A DNA stretch of 64,000 nucleotides from assembly GCA_005880615.1 (NCBI GenBank), contig VBID01000116.1, forward strand, positions 1,494 to 65,493. The letters run 5' to 3'. How positions within the stretch are numbered: position 1 is the first letter of the stretch; each line of letters opens with the position of its first letter. This DNA comes from Chloroflexota bacterium. GTDB taxonomy: Bacteria > Chloroflexota > Dormibacteria > CF-121. Both the position numbers and the translations under genes were made by a program. The notes below the pieces were generated by a model. That model saw only the letters and a list, made by a program, of their open reading frames with translations. It searched no databases and was not told the origin of the DNA. Of the stretch, positions 25,133 through 32,276 are shown piece after piece.

Positions 25133-26863
25133 ATGGCAGACGAGACATCTGTGGCGCTGACCCGGCGTGAGGTGCTCAAGCTCTCAGCGTTAGCCGGAGC
25201 GGGCGCGTCGCTGGCCGCCGTGGCCCGATCGCTGCCGGCGGCGGCGGCCGCCGCCCCGGGCGACTTCAATGAGGCCACCATTACCCAGCTTCAGGCCGGC
25301 ATGGCTGGGCGCCAGTTCAAGTCGATCGACCTGGTCAACTTCTATCTGGCGCGGATCGGCACGCTGGACCAGAAGGGGCCCACGGTTAACTCGGTCGTCG
25401 AGCTGAACCCCGATGCCAGGGCGATTGCCCTGGCGCTGGATGCCGAACGGCAGAAGGGCCAGACGCGCGGCCCCTTGCACGGCATCCCGGTCTTGCTCAA
25501 GGACAACATCGACACGCACGACGGCATGCAGACCGCCGCCGGCTCGCTGGCCCTGGTCGGCGCCGCCCCGCTGAAGGATTCGTTAGTGGCCGCCAACCTG
25601 CGCGCCGCGGGTGCCGTCATCCTCGGCAAGACCACCCTCAGTGAATGGGCCAACTTCCGATCCTTCTTCTCGACGAGCGGCTGGTCTGGCCGCGGCGGGC
25701 AGTGCAACAACCCCTACGCGCTGGATCGAAACCCCTGTGGGTCGAGCTCTGGATCGGCAGCCGCCGCGTCAGCGAACTTTACCGCCGTGTCGATCGGGAG
25801 CGAGACGGATGGCAGCATCGTCTGTCCCGCCAACGAGAGCGGCGTGGTGGGGATCAAGCCCACCGTCGGCCTGGTGAGCCGCGCCGGCGTGATCCCCATC
25901 TCTCACACCCAGGACACCCTGGGGCCGCATGCGCGAACCGTCGCCGACGCGGCAGCGGTGCTGACCGCCATCGTCCAGCGGACCCCGGACCCGCGAGACC
26001 CGGCGACGCAGGCAAATCGGAACCTGATTCCAGCCGACTACACGGCCTTCCTGGACTCGACCGGAGGCTCTCTCCAGGGAGCGCGGATCGGAGTCGGCCG
26101 CGACTTCGAAGGATTCAGTCCGCACACGGACGATGTGTTCGAGAATGCCCTGACGGCCCTGCGCAACGCCGGGGCCACCCTGGTGGACGTGTTTTTCCCG
26201 CACATCAAGGACATCAACAGCGGGACCGCCGAGTTCACCGTTCTGCTCTTCGACTTCAAGAAGGACCTGAACGCCTACCTGCGGACCCGGACCGGCGTCC
26301 CCATCGGCTCGCTCGCTGACGCGATCGCGTTCAACAACGCCAATGCCGCCCAGGAGATGCCGTTCTTCGCCCAGGAGATCTTTGAACTGGCGCAGTCGTT
26401 CGATGTGACCAACCCGGACGCCATTCAGCCGCTCGGCCTGTCATATAACCAGTCGCTGGTGATGGATCGCCAGTTCGGCGCCACCGAGGGGATCGACCTG
26501 CTTCTGCAGCAGAACAACCTGCAGGCGATCGTGGCCCCCACCGATACGGCGGCCTGGCCGACCGACCTGATCAACAGCGATCACTTTGTCTTTGGCAGCT
26601 CCTCCGCTGCGGCCATCGTCGGGTATCCCATCGTGGTGGTCCCGATGGGCATGGAGTTCGGTCTCCCGGTGGGGCTGTCGATCATGGGCACCGCGTTCAG
26701 CGAGCCCACCTTGATCAAGGTGGCCTCAGCCTTTGAGGCCGTGACCCACGCTCGCCAGGCGCCACAATTCCTGGCGACGTTGCCATTCAACACCAAGGGT
26801 GAACCGAGTCGGGTGCACCGCCGCCATCTGCTCGCCCCTCGCGTAGCGCCGGTCCGACTCTAG
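25133..26863 (+). CDS. Amidase-signature enzyme with Tat signal peptide
   Basis: Start at MADETSV (AGGAGGG RBS). Twin-arginine motif TRREVLK. Amidase signature GSSSGSAAA and the GIKPT motif. Confidence 0.85.
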   Translation: MADETSVALTRREVLKLSALAGAGASLAAVARSLPAAAAAAPGDFNEATITQLQAGMAGRQFKSIDLVNFYLARIGTLDQKGPTVNSVVELNPDARAIALALDAERQKGQTRGPLHGIPVLLKDNIDTHDGMQTAAGSLALVGAAPLKDSLVAANLRAAGAVILGKTTLSEWANFRSFFSTSGWSGRGGQCNNPYALDRNPCGSSSGSAAAASANFTAVSIGSETDGSIVCPANESGVVGIKPTVGLVSRAGVIPISHTQDTLGPHARTVADAAAVLTAIVQRTPDPRDPATQANRNLIPADYTAFLDSTGGSLQGARIGVGRDFEGFSPHTDDVFENALTALRNAGATLVDVFFPHIKDINSGTAEFTVLLFDFKKDLNAYLRTRTGVPIGSLADAIAFNNANAAQEMPFFAQEIFELAQSFDVTNPDAIQPLGLSYNQSLVMDRQFGATEGIDLLLQQNNLQAIVAPTDTAAWPTDLINSDHFVFGSSSAAAIVGYPIVVVPMGMEFGLPVGLSIMGTAFSEPTLIKVASAFEAVTHARQAPQFLATLPFNTKGEPSRVHRRHLLAPRVAPVRL

Positions 26864-27211
26864 CGAGCAACCCAGGGGGCGGCGTTCTTCGCCGCCTCCT
26901 GCTCGGCAAGGACTGCAATCTCTTGCTCGTCGCTCGCATGTGCGGATGGACCGCCGGCAGAAGACCGGCTTGATCCTGATCGGCATCTGGGCCGTGAGGG
27001 TGGTTGTCATCGCGATCGTCACGCATCGCCTCGTCGCACTAGGATTGCTCGGACTGTGCCCAGCGGCGGCTCTCCCTTTTCGCAAACTCCCGGCACCGCC
27101 GCCACCGAAGCCTCAGGGGAAATAAGGCCTGGTCTGGTTGGCCATGTTTCGGCGAGTCGTGGGCTACAGTTCACTGGAGCGAGCAGCCCGTCCGATCCAA
27201 GGAGGCCAGTC

Positions 27212-27646
27212 ATGACGGCACCCGAACACCCACCCACGTACCGCACCGGCAAGATCTGCTACATCGAGATTCCGGCGACGGATATCCAGCAGTCGGCCGA
27301 GTTCTACCGGCGCGCCTTCGGTTGGCAGATCCGCCGGCGGGGTGACGGCGCCACCGCCTTCGACGACACCGTCAACCAGGTAAGTGGTACCTGGGTGCTC
27401 GGGCGGCCTCCGGCGGCCGAGCCCGGGCTGATGGTGTACATCATGGTCGCCAGCGCGCCGGCGGCGATCGACGCGGTGGTCTCGGCAGGTGGTGAGATCG
27501 TCCAGCCAGTGATCCCGCAAGCGCGCGAGGTGGTCGCGACGTTTCGTGACCCGGCTGGAAACGTGATCGGGATCTACCAGCAGCCGGGCTTGGCCGAGAC
27601 CGAGGCGGGGGAGTCCTCTGCGGCAATTCCTCGATCACCTTCTTAA
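27212..27646 (+). CDS. VOC / glyoxalase-bleomycin-resistance family protein
   Basis: Start at MTAPEHPPTY with a GGAGG RBS. The YIEIPATDIQQSAEFY and DPAGNVIGIYQ beta-alpha-beta-beta-beta modules are typical of VOC proteins. Confidence 0.7.
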   Translation: MTAPEHPPTYRTGKICYIEIPATDIQQSAEFYRRAFGWQIRRRGDGATAFDDTVNQVSGTWVLGRPPAAEPGLMVYIMVASAPAAIDAVVSAGGEIVQPVIPQAREVVATFRDPAGNVIGIYQQPGLAETEAGESSAAIPRSPS

Positions 27647-28298
27647 CCGATTTGAGCGCAAGCTCATCGGCCAAGACCGAGTTTCGCAGGGTTCGCAGAC
27701 TTTACCCGATCACTCTGTGAGTGCGGCATAGTCGCCGACCGGGGACGAAAGGTGCGAGCGAGGTGGCGGCGGCGGCGGCATGTGGAGCGCTGAGCGCGAG
27801 CGCACCGGCGATGACTGAAATCAGTCCGAGCTTTGTCGCTCGGCAACGCTCCGCCTGTCGGCCTTCTACTACTATGGCACTCCGCTGCTGCACGGGCTCC
27901 AACTGACGTCCGTGTTGGGAGTGATCGCGGTCACCGCCCTGGCCTTAGGCCTCGGCGCGCTGCGATTCGTCCGCAAAGACATCGGGGTGTAGGCTCCGGC
28001 AAGGTCCGCCTGATGGTCGAGCTGCTGGACGAACGTCGATTCGGCAATGGCGTGGTTCACCTCCACTACCGCACGGGCGTGTGAGGAGAAGGAGATGCGT
28101 CGCGATCTCAGTCATGACGCGCTGCGCTGGGAACGCGGGTCAAGCCGTCGACCTACGCCGGGTAGGTCGGACGACCGCCGACCCGACGACCAAGAACAAC
28201 CTCTCTCCGAGCGTGCCACGTTAGGGCCGGTGTCGATTTGGTCCTGGCCTGTTCGACGTATAAGTGACGAGCGCTAACGCCATTCACAGGAGGCACAC

Positions 28299-28847
28299 AT
28301 GAGGCTGGTGGCAACGGAGTACCTATCGCTCGACGGAGTCTTCGAGGAGCCGGGCAAATGGTCCTTCCCGTTCTTCAACGACGAAGCCCAGCAGTTCAAG
28401 TGGAGTGAGCTGCAGGCAAGCGACGCGTTGCTGCTCGGCCGCAAGACTTACGAAGGATTCGCGGCCGCCTGGCCCACCATGCCTAATACCGGCGAGTTCG
28501 GCGAAAAGATGAACACCATGACGAAGTATGTCGTCTCCTCCACCCTCGACAAGGTGGAATGGAGCGGTTCAAAGCTGGTCAGGGGCGAGGTGGCGGCGGA
28601 GGTGCTCAAGCTCAAGCAGGCACCTGGCCACGACCTCTTGCTATCCGGAAGCGGGCAACTCTTCAACGCGCTAATGCATGCGAACCTGATCGACCTCTAC
28701 CGATTCATGCTGCACCCGATCGCCCTCGGAAAAGGCAAGCGCCTGTTCGCCAACGGGGTTGACCAAAGAATCCTCGAATTGGCGGAGACCAAGACGTTCG
28801 GCTCGGGCATCCTCATCCTCGAGTACCGTCCGGCCAAGCGCTCCTAG
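28299..28847 (+). CDS. Dihydrofolate reductase-like (RibD C-terminal domain / YwjB family) protein
   Basis: MRLVATEYLSLDGVFEEPG...LLGRKTYEGF...LLLSGSGQLF pattern. AGGAGG RBS. Confidence 0.8.
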   Translation: MRLVATEYLSLDGVFEEPGKWSFPFFNDEAQQFKWSELQASDALLLGRKTYEGFAAAWPTMPNTGEFGEKMNTMTKYVVSSTLDKVEWSGSKLVRGEVAAEVLKLKQAPGHDLLLSGSGQLFNALMHANLIDLYRFMLHPIALGKGKRLFANGVDQRILELAETKTFGSGILILEYRPAKRS

Positions 28848-28969
28848 CGGCACGGATTCGCTTGGCCTGCCTCGTCGATTCAGAAATATTGGACGGCTGC
28901 TGCGAGTTCTAGCCGCTCGGCGTCACTTGGATTCTGAGCCCAGCGCCGGCGGCCATAGGTAGAGCAGGA

Positions 28970-28998
28970 GTGTAGCCCGTGGCGGATACTAATCGAAC
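28970..28998. repeat. Degenerate copy of the tRNA-Glu 3' end (attR-like remnant R1)
   Basis: GTGTAGCCCGTGGCGGATACTAATCGAAC, against the + strand reading of the tRNA 3' end TGGTAGCCCGTAGCGGATTCGAACC. A 9-bp hairpin GAGCCCGGC-CGTT-GCCGGGCTC follows at 29008-29029. Confidence 0.65.
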
Positions 28999-29048
28999 AA
29001 TGAGGTTGAGCCCGGCCGTTGCCGGGCTCTTCTCATGACCGACTGAGG

Positions 29049-29486
29049 TCAGCGGGCGGGCACGGCCCCCGGTGCCGGGATGAAGCCCAGCTGCTGGAGC
29101 ATGCCGAGCTGATCCTGCACCTGCCAGTGCTCGACGATCTTGCCGTCCTTGACCCGGGTGATGTGGATCGCCTCCCAGGTCGCGGTCTTGCCGCTGGGGG
29201 GCATTCCAGCAAATTCGCCCTTCATCGTGCCGGTGGTGGTGACATGCTGGACCACGAGGTCACCCTCGGCGACCTGAAGATCGATCGTGATCTTGAAGTC
29301 TGGAAAAGCGCTGCGCAACGCCTTGACCAAGAGCTTGACACCTTCGTTACCGGGCGGCATACCCGGAGGCAGCTCGGCGTGGTCGATCGAGTTAGCCGCG
29401 ATCACCTCATCGATGACCTCGAGCTTGCCCCGGTTGAAGGCTTCCAAAGGGATGCGCGCGGCTAGTGCCTTGTTCTTGTCCGACAT
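29049..29486 (-). CDS. SnoaL-like / NTF2-fold protein (ester-cyclase-like), cassette gene 1
   Basis: Start at MSDKNKALAARIPLEAFNRGKLEVIDEVIAANSIDHA (GGGAGGA RBS). 146 aa. Confidence 0.65.
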   Translation of the reverse strand: MSDKNKALAARIPLEAFNRGKLEVIDEVIAANSIDHAELPPGMPPGNEGVKLLVKALRSAFPDFKITIDLQVAEGDLVVQHVTTTGTMKGEFAGMPPSGKTATWEAIHITRVKDGKIVEHWQVQDQLGMLQQLGFIPAPGAVPAR

Positions 29487-29610
29487 ATCATGTCCTCCCT
29501 CGTTGTTGACGGTGGTTTCCCACACTACGCCTTTGGTCCCGGGTTGGGGGTTTAAGTTCGGCCCGACCCTCATCGAGGACGGATAGATAACAGGCCTCAA
29601 TTAGGTAGTC

Positions 29611-29655
29611 GTGGTAGCCCGTGGCGGACACTAAATCGAACGACACTAACCGAAC
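29611..29655. repeat. Degenerate copy of the tRNA-Glu 3' end (R2) with a partial internal duplication
   Basis: GTGGTAGCCCGTGGCGGACACTAAATCGAAC followed by GACACTAACCGAAC. Confidence 0.65.
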
Positions 29656-29824
29656 TGAATCGCCCTGGGTTTCGTGGAGACTCAGGGGTGGACGAAAGTC
29701 TCTCCGATCCCCTTTCGTAGCCTTAGCCTTCGGGGCTTTCGGGTATTTCGGATGCGGCTCCTGCGGCTTGGGGCGCGGCTTGCGAGGTTCGGCACGGACG
29801 AATCTTAGGCCCTGATCGTCGGAG

Positions 29825-29854
29825 TGGTAGCCCGTTGCGGAGACCAAATCGCAT
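29825..29854. repeat. Degenerate copy of the tRNA-Glu 3' end (R3)
   Basis: GTGGTAGCCCGTTGCGGAGACCAAATCGCA. With R2 it delimits a 185-bp module with no gene. Confidence 0.6.
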
Positions 29855-29943
29855 AGGGTCACGGTAAGTCCGGCCAGGATTTGGGAAGATCGTTTCACTG
29901 AAGCCCGAATTAGGTTGATAGAGCAGTAGGTTGTACGGGGGAG

Positions 29944-30696
29944 ATGATGGATCCTGTCGAGAGCGAGACACACCGTCGGCTGCTGGCACTGCTGACTCGT
30001 GGGCAGACTGACCAAGATACCATCGCGGGGCGTCTGAGTCCAGACGAGCGCGCGGCGCGCGGCGAGCTGCACGCCTGGAGCGCCAAGGACCACGTGGCAC
30101 ACAACAATTTCTGGCGCCAGGACGCCGTACGACGGCTCCAAGCGGCGCTAGATGGCAGTGAGCCGCCAGATACGGAACGGGACGATACGCAGACTTTGCT
30201 ACTGAACGATCGCGTCTTCGAGGAACAGCGCGAGACCCTCTGGGAGGAGCTAGTGACGGAAACGGCACGGCTCCGCGCCGAGACCGCCGCATTGATTCAG
30301 CGACTCACCGCCGACGACATCGCCCAAAGAGGCCGGTATCCCTGGCAACGGGGCGGATCGCTGGGGGGTTTGATCTTCGTCAATTGGTATGACCACCCCG
30401 CCGAGCACTGGGCAGACATCTATCTGAGCCGCGGTGAGATCGATCGCGCGCTAGAGCTCCGTCAGGCCGTTGTCGCCACCGTTGGGGAGCTCTTCGCACA
30501 CGATCCCACGTTGTATTCGTACATGGTTTACAAGCTGGGAGGCATGTACGCGCGCAACGCCAGATCGGAGCAGGCTATTGGCGCCATCCGCGAGGCGCTG
30601 ACCGTCAATCCCTCCCTCATCGAGTGGGTCAGGAAAGACACCGACCTCGACCCGCTCCGCGCCCTGCCATCGTTCCTAGCGATCGACGAAACCTGA
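29944..30696 (+). CDS. DinB/ClbS-like four-helix-bundle family protein with C-terminal helical extension, cassette gene 2
   Basis: 250 aa. His-containing motifs (AKDHVAHNNFW, WYDHPAEHW) suggest a DinB_2/DUF1706-like metal-binding bundle. The assignment is tentative. Confidence 0.45.
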   Translation: MMDPVESETHRRLLALLTRGQTDQDTIAGRLSPDERAARGELHAWSAKDHVAHNNFWRQDAVRRLQAALDGSEPPDTERDDTQTLLLNDRVFEEQRETLWEELVTETARLRAETAALIQRLTADDIAQRGRYPWQRGGSLGGLIFVNWYDHPAEHWADIYLSRGEIDRALELRQAVVATVGELFAHDPTLYSYMVYKLGGMYARNARSEQAIGAIREALTVNPSLIEWVRKDTDLDPLRALPSFLAIDET

Positions 30697-30717
30697 AGCG
30701 GGCGTTCGAATAGTCTT

Positions 30718-30751
30718 CGGTTAAGTAGCCCCTGGCGGACACTAATCGAAC
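30718..30751. repeat. Degenerate copy of the tRNA-Glu 3' end (R4), including the 7 nt that flank the real tRNA
   Basis: CGGTTAAGTAGCCCCTGGCGGACACTAATCGAAC. The GGTTAAGT prefix is identical to the sequence immediately outside the tRNA at 31488-31495. Confidence 0.65.
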
Positions 30752-30951
30752 ATTTGAATTGGGGCTGGTCTCGAAAAACCCGCCGTAAACGGTCTGCGCA
30801 CATCAGCCAAGTGCTCAGAGCATGGCAACCACGCACCTCGTCCTTCCTCTGGCCCACTGATGCTCGCCGCGCGTTGTGAGGGTTATAAGCGGTGCGTGCG
30901 CGGGAGCGGATTTACGGGGGAACTTTCGGAGCTTCGTAGCGTTATAGGAAT

Positions 30952-31461
30952 GTGAGGGTTCTTAGGGGAATCGCCGGTCTCGGGGCCGGCATTATTCTGG
31001 CAAGCTGTAATCAGGCAGTACCGACGGCCGGAGCCGACAGCGTTGTCCCCGCTAACGGGCCGACGTGCGCGCCGAGTTTCGTCCATGCGCCGGACCTTGT
31101 CGCCCTGCATGCGCAGCATCCCCCCAGCATGAATGCTCCGGGCACTCTCTCGCTCAATAGCCCGAAACTGCAGCAAATCCTGACTAAGTGGCCCGACCCT
31201 CGATCATTCATCAGTCAGGCAACGCCCCGTGAGCTGGCGACGTACGGCTTCATCGGAGAGCCCGCGTATTCGGGACCTGGCGGCGTAGGGCCGCACTCTC
31301 CTGACGAGCCCGAGGACATTGCCGTTTTTCACGGCAACTGGTCGGCCAGCGAGGTGAACATGCATGGCTCCGGCCATGGTGCACATGTTCGCTGGGTCTT
31401 CGTCGACGCGGGAACGGGAGACGCTTTCGGCGGCGGCTACGCCGACTGCACGAACGAGTGA
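30952..31461 (+). CDS. Hypothetical lipoprotein, cassette gene 3
   Basis: Signal peptide with an ILASC lipobox. 169 aa; no other domain recognised. Confidence 0.5.
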   Translation: MRVLRGIAGLGAGIILASCNQAVPTAGADSVVPANGPTCAPSFVHAPDLVALHAQHPPSMNAPGTLSLNSPKLQQILTKWPDPRSFISQATPRELATYGFIGEPAYSGPGGVGPHSPDEPEDIAVFHGNWSASEVNMHGSGHGAHVRWVFVDAGTGDAFGGGYADCTNE

Positions 31462-31495
31462 TCATTCTGCGGTGCGGCGCACGGTCAGGGTTAAG

Positions 31496-31573
31496 TGGTA
31501 GCCCGTAGCGGATTCGAACCGCTGATTTCTGCCTTGAGAGGGCAGCGTCCTGGGCCAGCTAGACGAACGGGCC
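31496..31573 (-). tRNA. tRNA-Glu (anticodon CTC)
   Basis: The reverse complement reads GGCCCGTTCGTCTAGCTGGCCCAGGACGCTGCCCTCTCAAGGCAGAAATCAGCGGTTCGAATCCGCTACGGGCTACCA. It is co-linear with E. coli tRNA-Glu. Anticodon stem CTGCC/GGCAG, loop CTCTCAA, TTCGAAT T-loop, 7-bp acceptor stem and an encoded CCA. Confidence 0.85.
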
Positions 31574-31675
31574 ACGCGGGTCAGGCCGGCAGCGACATCC
31601 TATTATATGTGGGCTGCTTGGCCTGATCTCAGGAGGGTGCCCGTGATTTTCGACCCCACCAGCGTCAACTTCGTG

Positions 31676-31888
31676 ATGAGCACGCTGCAGGCTGCCAACT
31701 ATCTCGGCGTCCCGCCTGAAACGGTGGACGATCTCGTCACGCGGAAGCTGATCCCGTTCAGCCGCCTGGGCGAGCGCGTCGTCTTCTCCAAGGCCGCCAT
31801 CGACGCCTGGCTGTACGCCAAATCGATGGAGAACCTCACCGAGGACCTGCCTGGCCTCGGGTTTCATGGGGTGCGCCCACCCGCATGA
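31676..31888 (+). CDS. Excisionase-family helix-turn-helix DNA-binding protein (Xis/HTH_17-like)
   Basis: MSTLQAANYLGVPPETVDDLVTRKLIPFSRLGERVVFSKAAIDAWL matches the excisionase-type HTH domain. Lies beside the 5' side of the tRNA-Glu gene. Confidence 0.6.
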   Translation: MSTLQAANYLGVPPETVDDLVTRKLIPFSRLGERVVFSKAAIDAWLYAKSMENLTEDLPGLGFHGVRPPA

Positions 31889-32172
31889 TGAAGCCCGGCC
31901 GGCTGATCCGCACCGCCGTCCTGCTGCTGGCAGCCGCCGCCCTGGCCCAGGAGCTGGGCAAGCCGGAGGCAGAGCGCACCTGGCATGGACGCGTGCTGGG
32001 CGTCCCTTATGACTTCCGCTGGCCTACCTGGCAGCGAATCCGGGACGCCTACTGGAACCCTGGCGACCCGCGGATCCTGACGGACCGGGTGGTGGGGGTG
32101 GGCTGGTCGGTCAATATCGCCCAGCTGATCCCCCGGCTCCGGGAGGCTTACGTCACCCTGTCTGATCGCTAG
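31885..32172 (+). CDS. Hypothetical protein (95 aa) with N-terminal hydrophobic segment, coupled to the upstream HTH gene
   Basis: The ATG overlaps the TGA of the excisionase-like gene (ATGA). Confidence 0.45.
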   Translation: MMKPGRLIRTAVLLLAAAALAQELGKPEAERTWHGRVLGVPYDFRWPTWQRIRDAYWNPGDPRILTDRVVGVGWSVNIAQLIPRLREAYVTLSDR

Positions 32173-32276
32173 CGCCCGTCCCACCGTTACGGTCCCGTAA
32201 CGTCAGCGGCGTCAGGGTGACAGCCTTTTTCCCCGGCGTACGTTCTATTTAACGTGCCCGCTGGCAGGTCCTCCTC

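Noticed and set aside
26937-27125. 61-aa hydrophobic ORF between the amidase and VOC genes.
   Set aside because: No RBS. It lies in a lower-complexity intergenic stretch, and the translation looks like a generic GC-rich hydrophobic read. Kept out of the feature list.
28900-31600. Looked for an integrase or recombinase gene within the tRNA-Glu cassette region.
   Set aside because: None was found. All ORFs there are under 260 aa, and their predicted functions are unrelated to recombination.
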